From Bacilli bacterium (GTDB taxonomy: Bacteria > Bacillota_I > Bacilli_A > RFN20 > CAG-826), in contig JAFZRR010000047.1 of the NCBI GenBank assembly GCA_017619815.1, positions 9,074 through 73,073 on the forward strand: a stretch of DNA of 64,000 nucleotides. Direction: 5' to 3'. The notes under the pieces are model-generated. The model saw nothing but the letters and a program-made list of their open reading frames with translations, was not told the origin of the DNA and ran no database searches. A program made the position numbers and the translations under genes. This document shows, piece after piece, positions 52,574 to 61,889 of the stretch (positions are counted from its first letter, which is position 1; each line of letters starts with the position of its first letter).

Positions 52574-54712
52574 ATGAATAATATTAAAAAAACCGTGTCT
52601 AGTTTCTTAGTTCTTGGTCTTTTAGCCAGCAGTGGTTTTTTTGCATTTAACGCATTAACACGTTCTTTTGATGCAACACAAGCTTCTGCACCAACTTTAA
52701 AGAGAAATGTCAAATCATCAGTGAGTAGTTTATCCGCTGATGATTTTTCTTCTGAAGTTGAGGCTAACCACGAAGAATTAGGCGTAAGTATTACTCAAAG
52801 TACGCTTACTGACACATCCCAATCCTTAACAGTTTCATTCAGATCCAAAACCCTTGCTGGTTTTAAAACCGCTATCGGAAACTACATCGTCGAAATCGAT
52901 GATGATAACTATTCCGGTGACGAAAACAACCCAGCGCCTGAAGGATACGACAAATTCAATGAAGAAACTGGTTTACCTGAATTTGAAGGAAAGATTGCCT
53001 TTATTGTCGGTTCCGTTAGTGAAAACAACAAGAGTGTCTATCTTCCATCAACATTCACCAAAGCAGGAAAATTCACTGCGAAAATCACCACAATCGGTGC
53101 AGGCTGTGTTTCTGCCGATGGTAGTGAATTCAATGGCCAAAACGTCTGGGCAGTTAATGGTGTAAGCAAAATTACAAACATTTACATTCCTGACACCATT
53201 GAAAAGGTTGAAGCAGACGCATTCAAAGGCGTTCCAACTGAAGGTGTTACCATTCACTATGAAGGTACAGAATTCTCCTCTAGCGTTTTCCAATCCGGTT
53301 GGACAGATGCCCCAACAACAGCTTTAGATGCTTCCACAACTAGCTACAACAAAAAAGCTAATAAGAAAGCCAATGCTGCTGCTGGTAAAGTCGAACTTCC
53401 TGATGCATTAGGTCGTCCAATCAACTTCATCCTTGGTTGCCAACAAGATGTTAACAATCCAAAGGTTGCGGATGAAAAATGCAATAGACCATTAGTTATT
53501 CAATACGACAAAATCACTAATGGAACTAGAGAAACCATTTTTGAAGAATTACCATTAACAAATACCACAAATAACCCATATGACTCCTGTGGTAAGCTCG
53601 CATCCATGAGCTACACAAGACAATTTGGTTATAAATTAGGTCCAGGCGAATCCATCGATGATGAATCCGTCGTCTTCCATAACATTATGAAAGCGGACGC
53701 TCAAGGTAACGTTGATGTTTCTAAAACATATTTTGCTAAACCAATGATTGGTTATTCCGAAAAGCAAAACATCACCAACTTAGTGAACTACAAAGCATCC
53801 ATGAATAGCACATTTGCTGGATACTCAATGTTCACATTAAAGATGGACAAAAACTTAAGTATCACTTCTGAAAGATATCCAGAGCCACACAGCTTATATC
53901 TCGATGTTAAGACTGATATTTATGAACAAAACAAAGCGGCTATCGAATCCGGAAAAACCAAGATTCGTTATTCCTTATATAACCTTTACAATTCCTCATT
54001 CCATTTCCAATATCTCGGAAAAGGTAATGAATTAAAGGATGTTGTCATCCCAGTCAGTTCCCTCATTTCCTATCAAACATTAGATAGCAATAAAGGTAAC
54101 TTAGTTTCTGTCTTATTAAAGGATTCTCAAATCGGTCCAGATTTCAAACCTAAAAAAGTCAGATTATTCGAATTACAAGACATTACCATTCAAATGGACT
54201 TATTAACCACAAGTGATTCTGGTTCTGCATCCATTTTAGGTAAATCATCAATCAGCTATAAATTCGCTTATATCACAGTTATCGATACAGAAAAGAACAT
54301 CTCAGTATTTAACTGGAATGTCTTTCTTATTGTTTTCTTCATCGCTTATGTCGTGGTTTATGCTGCCGCAGCATTCATCACATACAAAGTTATGAAAGAA
54401 AAATTCAAAAACGATGAATTTAGACGTGTTAACGACAAGAAATTCCTCAAACAAGCCGTCTTAGGTGGTTTAGGACTTGGCGTTGTCTTATGCGCAGTCT
54501 TATTCATCTATATGAGAACCGTTGGATTCAAGAACACAATCGTCGTCTTTAACCCAACCGATCCTCTATTAATCGCCTTCGCTATTGCCGGCATGATCAT
54601 CGTTGGCTACTTCATCGTCTACGTGATTAAACTCGTCAAAGCGGAACGCGAAAGAAGAAAAGCAATTCGTCTCAAACTCAATGAAGATGTCGCAGACGAT
54701 GGAACAAACTAG
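52574..54712 (+). CDS. large surface protein, N-terminal signal/anchor and three C-terminal TM helices, function unknown
   Basis: 712 aa. Beta-rich ectodomain with one BspA-LRR-like unit (ITNIYIPDTIEKVEADAFKGV). C-terminal helices at about aa 575-700. Codon usage like the neighbouring highly biased genes. Confidence 0.5.
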   Translation: MNNIKKTVSSFLVLGLLASSGFFAFNALTRSFDATQASAPTLKRNVKSSVSSLSADDFSSEVEANHEELGVSITQSTLTDTSQSLTVSFRSKTLAGFKTAIGNYIVEIDDDNYSGDENNPAPEGYDKFNEETGLPEFEGKIAFIVGSVSENNKSVYLPSTFTKAGKFTAKITTIGAGCVSADGSEFNGQNVWAVNGVSKITNIYIPDTIEKVEADAFKGVPTEGVTIHYEGTEFSSSVFQSGWTDAPTTALDASTTSYNKKANKKANAAAGKVELPDALGRPINFILGCQQDVNNPKVADEKCNRPLVIQYDKITNGTRETIFEELPLTNTTNNPYDSCGKLASMSYTRQFGYKLGPGESIDDESVVFHNIMKADAQGNVDVSKTYFAKPMIGYSEKQNITNLVNYKASMNSTFAGYSMFTLKMDKNLSITSERYPEPHSLYLDVKTDIYEQNKAAIESGKTKIRYSLYNLYNSSFHFQYLGKGNELKDVVIPVSSLISYQTLDSNKGNLVSVLLKDSQIGPDFKPKKVRLFELQDITIQMDLLTTSDSGSASILGKSSISYKFAYITVIDTEKNISVFNWNVFLIVFFIAYVVVYAAAAFITYKVMKEKFKNDEFRRVNDKKFLKQAVLGGLGLGVVLCAVLFIYMRTVGFKNTIVVFNPTDPLLIAFAIAGMIIVGYFIVYVIKLVKAERERRKAIRLKLNEDVADDGTN

Positions 54713-54732
54713 TTTATTGAAGGAGTTAAACT

Positions 54733-56643
54733 ATGGAAATTAGAATTAAAGAATTAACCAAGATTTTCCCTGGTGATGCGAAGAAGAACATTCGTGACAC
54801 CATCGCTGTCAAGGATTTAGACTTCGTAGTCAAAGATGGCGAACTCGTCGGTTTATTAGGACCTTCTGGATGCGGTAAATCCACAACCCTTTACATGATT
54901 GCTGGCTTACACACACCAACATCTGGTGAAGTCTGGTTCGGTGATCAAGAAGTTACTAATTTATCACCAGAAAAAAGAGGTATTGGCTTAGTCTTCCAAA
55001 ACTACGCCTTATATCCTCATATGACAATTTATAAAAACATTGAATTCCCACTCACAAACTTACAAGTTGAAGTTCCATTAGTGACATTCTTCAATTATAA
55101 ATTGACATTCTCATACAAAATGAAGAAAGCCGATGAACCTGCTGGTATTGCAAAATCCATCAAGTCATTAGCAAGAAAATGTGGTTTCAATAATAAACAA
55201 TTCGCTTTAGCCTATACCGCTGGTGAAATGTTCGAAGCCAATGTTTCCTTGAACAAGATTTCCCCAACCGGAAAAGATATGTTCGTCGAAAATATGGCCA
55301 AGATCGTTGATTTCAAACTCGAAAAAGAAGAATCCGAACAAGCCAGTGATGCCTTATTCGATACAAACTTCAGAGCTACAGTCAACCACATCGGTGAACA
55401 CGAAACAGTGGAACTCAATCTCAAGGGTCGTTTAGGAAAAGCCTTCCAAACATCCATGATTGATGAAACAATCAATAACTTAAAACACGCAGTCGGTAGC
55501 GCTGGTGGTAAAGCCGCAGAATGCGTTATTACAAAAACACAACACGGTTATGAAATCATGGCCCGTGCTTTGAACTTACCACATCAAAACTTAGAACAAT
55601 GCGTTGAAGCCGTTAAAGCAGCATATGCCTATGAAACATTCGGCTACTCTATCACACAAGTTATTAATAAAGAATTAACAGGTTATGTGAAGAACTTCTT
55701 AAAACAACGCAAATTAGAATTCTCTGACTTCAAGATTTACTTTGACAAAGTCAATGTTAAGATCTTCTTCAAACTCATGAAAGCTTCTAGAGAAGCCGCT
55801 GAAGAAGCCTTAACCAAATTAGCAGAAGAATTACAACTCTCTGATGTTGAAAGAGAAGAAAAACAAGCTGTCGCACACCGTAAGCTTACAAAAGAAGAAC
55901 GTAGAGACATTATTTATGAAACCGCGAAATTGGTCCAAGTTGATGAATACTTACAACGTAAACCAAACCAATTATCCGGTGGTCAACAACAACGTGTCGC
56001 TATCGCTCGTGCCTTAGTTAAACACCCAAGAGTGTTACTCTTAGACGAACCATTATCCAACTTAGATGCTCGTTTGAGATTACAAACACGTGAAGAAATT
56101 AGACGTATTCAACAAGAAACAGGCATTACCTCCGTTTTCGTTACACACGACCAAGAAGAAGCTATGTCCATCTCTGATGAAATCGTCGTTATGAAATTAG
56201 GTGAAATGCAACAAATGGGCAAACCACAAGATGTTTATAATAGCCCAGCCAACTTATTCGTTGCACAATTCTTAGGAACCCCACCAGTGAACGTCTTCAA
56301 AGGACACGTTTCCGGTAAGAAAGTGCTCATTGGTAAAGAACAAGTATTAGAAATTAGCGAAGACCTCGGTGAAAAAGATGTCTATGTCGCTATCCGTCCA
56401 GAAGGATTTATTCTCGCCAAACCAGGTGAAAAGAATACATTAGGCGGTGAATGTGAAATGGTTCAAGTCATGGGCCGTGACATTTCCGCAATCGTGAAGA
56501 ATGAAAACTGTATCAAACCAAGCTACAGAGTCATCATTTCCTCTGATGACAAAGTCGCTCCAGGAACAGTTGCATTCAAATTAAAGCCACACAAAGTGTT
56601 CTTATTCGATGGTGAAACCGAAGATCGTATTTATCTCAAATAA
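54733..56643 (+). CDS. ABC transporter ATP-binding protein, MalK/UgpC type, with a roughly 270-aa insertion in the helical subdomain
   Basis: Walker A GPSGCGKST, Q-loop VFQNYALYPH, signature LSGGQQQR, Walker B LLLDEP, H-loop VTHDQ, C-terminal regulatory (TOBE-like) domain. 636 aa. Confidence 0.9.
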   Translation: MEIRIKELTKIFPGDAKKNIRDTIAVKDLDFVVKDGELVGLLGPSGCGKSTTLYMIAGLHTPTSGEVWFGDQEVTNLSPEKRGIGLVFQNYALYPHMTIYKNIEFPLTNLQVEVPLVTFFNYKLTFSYKMKKADEPAGIAKSIKSLARKCGFNNKQFALAYTAGEMFEANVSLNKISPTGKDMFVENMAKIVDFKLEKEESEQASDALFDTNFRATVNHIGEHETVELNLKGRLGKAFQTSMIDETINNLKHAVGSAGGKAAECVITKTQHGYEIMARALNLPHQNLEQCVEAVKAAYAYETFGYSITQVINKELTGYVKNFLKQRKLEFSDFKIYFDKVNVKIFFKLMKASREAAEEALTKLAEELQLSDVEREEKQAVAHRKLTKEERRDIIYETAKLVQVDEYLQRKPNQLSGGQQQRVAIARALVKHPRVLLLDEPLSNLDARLRLQTREEIRRIQQETGITSVFVTHDQEEAMSISDEIVVMKLGEMQQMGKPQDVYNSPANLFVAQFLGTPPVNVFKGHVSGKKVLIGKEQVLEISEDLGEKDVYVAIRPEGFILAKPGEKNTLGGECEMVQVMGRDISAIVKNENCIKPSYRVIISSDDKVAPGTVAFKLKPHKVFLFDGETEDRIYLK

Positions 56644-56654
56644 GGGGGACGAAT

Positions 56655-57788
56655 ATGGGCATTGAATTATTAAACTTTTTGAAAGGAAAGAAGAAACGTC
56701 AAGCCGGCGGTAACTCTATTGGGTTACAAACCGTCGAACCTGAAAAAGTTCCAGAATATACTCCTGGACTTCAAGAAGACGGCAAGACGATTGTAAGACT
56801 TACTTCTAATAAGAAGATTAAGAATCCTTACAAAGTCAGCGGTATTGATGACGTTGCCAGTAAGAATAACTGGAAAGCTTGGTTATACCTCGCCCCAGTC
56901 ATTATTCTTGTTGTCATCTTCCTTCTTTATCCATTAATTAACACGATATTTATTTCTTTCACAAAGAACTACAACTACACAACCGGTAAGTATGATGGAT
57001 TTACCTTAGAAAACTTCGGTATCATCCTCCATATGATTCCATATCAAAGTGCTGATGGTGCGGCGTGGGAAACAAGCTTTACAAGTAACGCTATTCCTAA
57101 CACCTTCATCCTCACATTCGTTACAGTTCCTGTATCAATTATGTTAGCTTTGATCATCTCTGTTGCTCTTAACAGCATCAAAGCTTTCCAAAAATTCTTA
57201 CAAACCGTCTTCTTCCTTCCATACGTTACAAACAGTATCGCTATTGGTATGGTGTTCTCCGTCTTATTTGACGATGCAGGTTTAATCAACTTCATCTTTG
57301 GATTACAACATGCCGGTGCCAATGGTGGACCAATGCAATGGATTTACAACACTCCAACATATATCGCTATGGTGCCATTATGTTTGTTCATCGTTTGGAA
57401 CAGTATCCCATTTAAGATTTTAATCTTATTATCTGGCTTACAAGGTATTGATAAACAATACTATCAAGCAGCCCAAATCGACGCTGCTCCAAAATGGAAA
57501 GTATTCGCAAGAATCACAGTCCCATTATTATCACCACAAATCCTTTATTTGATGATTACATCATTTATCGGTGCATTTAAGGAATACAACTCAATCGTCG
57601 CTATCTTTGGTAAGAAAGGTGAAACTTTAGCGGGTCAAAAGAACATGTACACCGTCGTTTTCTACGTGTACGATAACATTTCCGCGAACACATCATTCGC
57701 TGCCGCAGCGGCCGTGTTCCTCTTTGTTATTATCTTAATCTTTACATTCTTCCAATTCTGGGCGAGTAGTAAGAGAGTTCACTATTAG
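56655..57788 (+). CDS. ABC transporter permease (MalF/UgpA-like)
   Basis: EAA loop YQAAQIDAAPKWKVFARITVPLLSP, 6 TM helices, about 70-aa N-terminal extension. Confidence 0.85.
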   Translation: MGIELLNFLKGKKKRQAGGNSIGLQTVEPEKVPEYTPGLQEDGKTIVRLTSNKKIKNPYKVSGIDDVASKNNWKAWLYLAPVIILVVIFLLYPLINTIFISFTKNYNYTTGKYDGFTLENFGIILHMIPYQSADGAAWETSFTSNAIPNTFILTFVTVPVSIMLALIISVALNSIKAFQKFLQTVFFLPYVTNSIAIGMVFSVLFDDAGLINFIFGLQHAGANGGPMQWIYNTPTYIAMVPLCLFIVWNSIPFKILILLSGLQGIDKQYYQAAQIDAAPKWKVFARITVPLLSPQILYLMITSFIGAFKEYNSIVAIFGKKGETLAGQKNMYTVVFYVYDNISANTSFAAAAAVFLFVIILIFTFFQFWASSKRVHY

Positions 57789-57799
57789 GAGGTATCAAC

Positions 57800-58897
57800 A
57801 TGTTATTTGAAGAAGAATTAGAACAACAAGTAGTTGAAGAAGAACAAGTTGAAGAAACTCCTTTAGAAGAAAAACCTGAAGTCGTGGAAGAAGTTCATCA
57901 AGAACAACCACAACCAGAAAAAGAAGAAAAAGCTCAATACATCGACTTTGCTTCTGTCAAAGTTAATAACAACTTAGTCTTATCAATTACAGAAGCTAGT
58001 AAGACAGTTGACCAAATTAAAAAGGCTGAAAAAGTGACACACATCATCTTTACCGCCTTAACATATTTGTTCATCGTTGCATTAGCGCTTATCGTGATCT
58101 TCCCATTCTATTGGATGATCATCACATCATTAAAAACATATTCCGAAATTACACAAGAACAACAAACATTCTTCCCAAGCGTTGTTATGTGGACTAACTA
58201 CGTGTATGTTTTCCAACACTTTAATTTCTTAACTTATATGAAGAACACCATCGTGGTCGCAATCTTCTCCACAATTGGTACTCTTCTTACAACTATCTTC
58301 GCCGCCTTTGCATTCTCTAGATTGCAATTCAAAGGTAGAGAAGCATTATTTATGGTCTTCTTAGCCACAATGATGATTCCTGGTGAAATGATGGTTATTT
58401 CTAACTACATCACAGTCGCATCCTTTGGATGGATTACAAGTTCAACCCATACACAAACACTCATGGAAGCTTATGCCGCTATGATTGTCCCATTCTGGGT
58501 CAGCGTCTTCCACATCTATTTGTTAAGACAGAACTTCAAACAAATTCCAAACGAGTTATACCTTGCCGCGAAAGTTGACGGTAAGAGCGACTGGAGTTAC
58601 TTATGGAAAGTCATGGTTCCTCTTGCGGCACCAACACTTATCTCCATTACAATCTTAAAATTCATGGGAACTTGGAACTCCTATGTGTGGCCAAACTTAG
58701 TCACTGAAATTCCACAATACCGTTTGATTTCTAACGGTCTTCGTGAATCAAGCTTCCAAAACGCTGACTTAGGTACCATTGAATATGGTTATCAAATGGC
58801 AGCGTCCATCTTGGTCACCGTGCCTCTATTCTTACTCTTCATCTTCTTCAGAAAGTACATCATGAAGGGTGTTGGCAGAGCCGGTATCAAGGGTTAA
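57800..58897 (+). CDS. ABC transporter permease (MalG/UgpE-like) with acidic N-terminal extension
   Basis: EAA loop YLAAKVDGKSDWSYLWKVMVPLAAP, preceded by an E/Q/P-rich region of about 80 aa. Confidence 0.85.
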   Translation: MLFEEELEQQVVEEEQVEETPLEEKPEVVEEVHQEQPQPEKEEKAQYIDFASVKVNNNLVLSITEASKTVDQIKKAEKVTHIIFTALTYLFIVALALIVIFPFYWMIITSLKTYSEITQEQQTFFPSVVMWTNYVYVFQHFNFLTYMKNTIVVAIFSTIGTLLTTIFAAFAFSRLQFKGREALFMVFLATMMIPGEMMVISNYITVASFGWITSSTHTQTLMEAYAAMIVPFWVSVFHIYLLRQNFKQIPNELYLAAKVDGKSDWSYLWKVMVPLAAPTLISITILKFMGTWNSYVWPNLVTEIPQYRLISNGLRESSFQNADLGTIEYGYQMAASILVTVPLFLLFIFFRKYIMKGVGRAGIKG

Positions 58898-58963
58898 TTA
58901 TGATTTAATTAGCCCGTCTGCGGTAATTAAATATATTTATTAAATGACTTTTAGGAGGAAATT

Positions 58964-60391
58964 ATGAAAACTAGTCGTTTATTCGCAGTTTCAGCAGCAG
59001 CCTTAATGGCGATGTCTCTTGCTGGATGTAGAGGTGGTAACAATAATATCGAAATCGTTATTTGGACCACATACAATGACACATATCAAACAATCATCAA
59101 CAACGCGATTGATGAATTCAAAGAATTAGAACCAAATGTCACTGTTAAAAACATCAAACAACAAGGTTCTTATCAAGATTTAGCCAAAATGTGTGTTGAT
59201 GGATTCGCCGTTGACAACTATCCAGATATGGTTGCAGCCTATCCAGATTCCGTTTCTGACTTCATCAACAACGCAAAAGCGTTAAATATTCAACCTTATA
59301 TGGAAAATGCCGAATATGGTTGGACCGAAGATGATATCAATGATATCCCAGAAGCATACATTAAATTAGGTCAACAATATGCCATTCCAGGTACATATTC
59401 CTTACCAGCTTCCAAATCCACAGAAGCTATGTACTATAACCAAGACGTCCTCGTTGGTTTAAACCTTTCCGCTATTGATTCCACAATTAACGGTGGTCAA
59501 CCATTAACAGACGACTACTTACAAAACTTAACATGGGACGAATTATTCGAAAAATTAGTTCCAGCACTTGATCAATATGACCAAGCACAAGATAGTGCTC
59601 ATAAGATTATCGATCGTGACTCATACGAAGACTGGGCATGGGTTGGTTATGACTCCGATGATAACTTATTCATCACATTAGCTGAACAATATGGCTATGG
59701 TTATACATCAGTCGATCCAGTTACCGGTAAAGGTAAAATCGAATTCAATAATGATGGTATGAAGAACCTCATGAAGAAATTCAAAGGTTATTATGACAAT
59801 CATTACTTCACCACAAAAGGTGTCTTAAAACAAAACGTTAACTACCGTTCTACAGTCGATGCTATGTTATTCTCTATCGGCTCCACAGGTGGTGTTAAAT
59901 ATCAATTCGCAGATGCAACCGCACATAACGTCGGTGTTGCAAAAATCCCACAAGCGAACTTATCCAATCCAAAACTTATCTCTCAAGGTCCAGATTTCGC
60001 ATTCTTAAATCACAATAACGACAAGAGAGCAGAAGCCGTTTGGAAATTCTTCAAATTATTCACAAGCACAAAATACAATACCGCTTGGGCAATGACCACA
60101 GGCTACTCCCCAGTTAGATATTCCGTTCTTGAAACAGAAGAATACGCTGATTACTCCGATTGGGAATCTAAAGATGAACACACACTCGATAGATTAACCG
60201 CTCTTAACGCAAACTATGCCGCCAGTGTCGGTGATTATCAATTCACATCAGCAGTCTTCAAAGGCAGCTCTGAAGCTCGTGTTCAAGTTGGTACAATCTT
60301 CGCCGCATGTGTCGCAGCAGGCGCAAACTTAGATGCACAAATCGATGGCATTTTCCAAACCGCAGTCGATAATACAAAACTCAAAATGTAA
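58964..60391 (+). CDS. ABC transporter substrate-binding lipoprotein (family-1 SBP)
   Basis: Lipobox LAGC. Collinear with the next gene (GSYQDLAKM, AAYPDSV, GTYSLPASKSTEAMYYN, YFTTKGV, SIGSTGG, GYSPVRYS). Confidence 0.8.
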   Translation: MKTSRLFAVSAAALMAMSLAGCRGGNNNIEIVIWTTYNDTYQTIINNAIDEFKELEPNVTVKNIKQQGSYQDLAKMCVDGFAVDNYPDMVAAYPDSVSDFINNAKALNIQPYMENAEYGWTEDDINDIPEAYIKLGQQYAIPGTYSLPASKSTEAMYYNQDVLVGLNLSAIDSTINGGQPLTDDYLQNLTWDELFEKLVPALDQYDQAQDSAHKIIDRDSYEDWAWVGYDSDDNLFITLAEQYGYGYTSVDPVTGKGKIEFNNDGMKNLMKKFKGYYDNHYFTTKGVLKQNVNYRSTVDAMLFSIGSTGGVKYQFADATAHNVGVAKIPQANLSNPKLISQGPDFAFLNHNNDKRAEAVWKFFKLFTSTKYNTAWAMTTGYSPVRYSVLETEEYADYSDWESKDEHTLDRLTALNANYAASVGDYQFTSAVFKGSSEARVQVGTIFAACVAAGANLDAQIDGIFQTAVDNTKLKM

Positions 60392-60417
60392 TTAAAATTC
60401 ATAGGAGGTAATAAACT

Positions 60418-61878
60418 ATGAAATTAAAAGCTAGAGCTTTATTACTCTTGCCACTCCTTGCTGGTGGTCTCTCTAGTGTTACAGCTTGTAACTCTTATAA
60501 AGGCCTTACCATTAAGTTCTGGCATACATTTGGCCAAACTGTTCAAGATGGTTTAAAACCAAAAATTAACGAGTTCGTTAAAGCCGTCAAAGAACAAGAA
60601 GGCGTGGATTTAAGAATCCAAATGGTCTATCAAGGCAGTTATGATGACATTGCCAAGAAGATCGCTGATGGTTTCTCTGTCCAAAACACCCCAACACTCG
60701 CTGTTGCTTATCCAGATAACGTTGCCGACTATCTCGAAGTTGGTAAATCCGCGAAAAAGGAATTCGTCGTTAACTTAGAAAAATACATTAACGATGAAAA
60801 AGTCGGATTTGGTAAAGAAGCATGGTTAGGCGATGTCGCTGGTAAAGATGAAACAGACTTCGTTGAAGACTTCTATCAAGAAGGCAAAAACTACGCTGTT
60901 GAAGGTACATATTCCTTACCATTCATGAAATCCACTGAAATCATGTTCTACAATTTGACATTACTTCAATATTTCATGCCTGGCTTTAACGCTGAAGTCG
61001 GTAACTCTGAAGAAGCCATCAAAGCTTATATGTCCACAATCTCATGGGATACATTCATGGATCTTTGCCAATATATCGAAGCCAATAGAGCAAGTGTTTC
61101 TGATACACTCGAAGTTGCTGCTTGGTACGATAGTGATGCTAACTTCTTAGTCAGCAAGATGTTCCAAAACAACATCGGTTATTCCGCTGTTAATGATCAA
61201 GGTAAAGGTAGCATTTTATTCGCTGATGGCGAAAACTACACCAAATTAACCGCTTTATTAGAAGAACTTAATACTCAATATCAAGCTAACTATTTCACCA
61301 CAAAAGGTATCAAGAATACCTATGGTAGTGATTTCTTCACTGGTGAAAAGTGTGTCTTCTCTATCGGTTCTTCCGGTGGTTCTGGTTATAACTTCCCACA
61401 AGCTGAAGCCTTTGAATTAGGCGTTTGTAAAGTTCCAGCCAGTAACAATAATCCTTTATATGTTTCTCAAGGTCCAACACTCGCAATCTTTAACGATAAA
61501 GGTTTGAGTAGTGAAAAGAATGAACAAACAACCTTATATGCTTGGAAATTCTTAAAATACATCACCAACGGACAAGCTAATGCTGAATTATGTGTTAACG
61601 GTTCTGAAGGTTATGCTCCAGTGCGTTATAGCGCATATGAAACAGAATTCTTCCAAGAATTTATGGAATACGGCGAACAATATGCAAAATGTTATGACGT
61701 TATCGTCAATGACATCAACATTAACGCTGGTTACTTAGTGGCACCAGCCTTCAAAGGTAGTGCGGCATTAAGAGATGAATGCGGTTCCTTATTAACCGCA
61801 GCCATCAAAGCCACAGATCCAAGTACAATCCCATCATTAATCGATCGTTGTGTTTCTAACGCTAGACAAAAATTCTAG
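60418..61878 (+). CDS. ABC transporter substrate-binding lipoprotein, paralogue
   Basis: Lipobox VTAC. Shares the motif series of the upstream SBP (GSYDDIAKK, VAYPDNV, GTYSLPFMKSTEIMFYN, YFTTKGI, SIGSSGG, GYAPVRYS). Confidence 0.8.
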   Translation: MKLKARALLLLPLLAGGLSSVTACNSYKGLTIKFWHTFGQTVQDGLKPKINEFVKAVKEQEGVDLRIQMVYQGSYDDIAKKIADGFSVQNTPTLAVAYPDNVADYLEVGKSAKKEFVVNLEKYINDEKVGFGKEAWLGDVAGKDETDFVEDFYQEGKNYAVEGTYSLPFMKSTEIMFYNLTLLQYFMPGFNAEVGNSEEAIKAYMSTISWDTFMDLCQYIEANRASVSDTLEVAAWYDSDANFLVSKMFQNNIGYSAVNDQGKGSILFADGENYTKLTALLEELNTQYQANYFTTKGIKNTYGSDFFTGEKCVFSIGSSGGSGYNFPQAEAFELGVCKVPASNNNPLYVSQGPTLAIFNDKGLSSEKNEQTTLYAWKFLKYITNGQANAELCVNGSEGYAPVRYSAYETEFFQEFMEYGEQYAKCYDVIVNDININAGYLVAPAFKGSAALRDECGSLLTAAIKATDPSTIPSLIDRCVSNARQKF

Positions 61879-61889
61879 GAGGAAATTAT

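Noticed and set aside
58898-58963. Hairpin ttaatta-gcccgtctgcgg-taattaa between the permease and the first SBP gene as an internal terminator
   Set aside because: The stem is mostly A-T with internal mismatches, and no T-run follows. At most it is an mRNA-processing or stability element, and the evidence is too weak to call.
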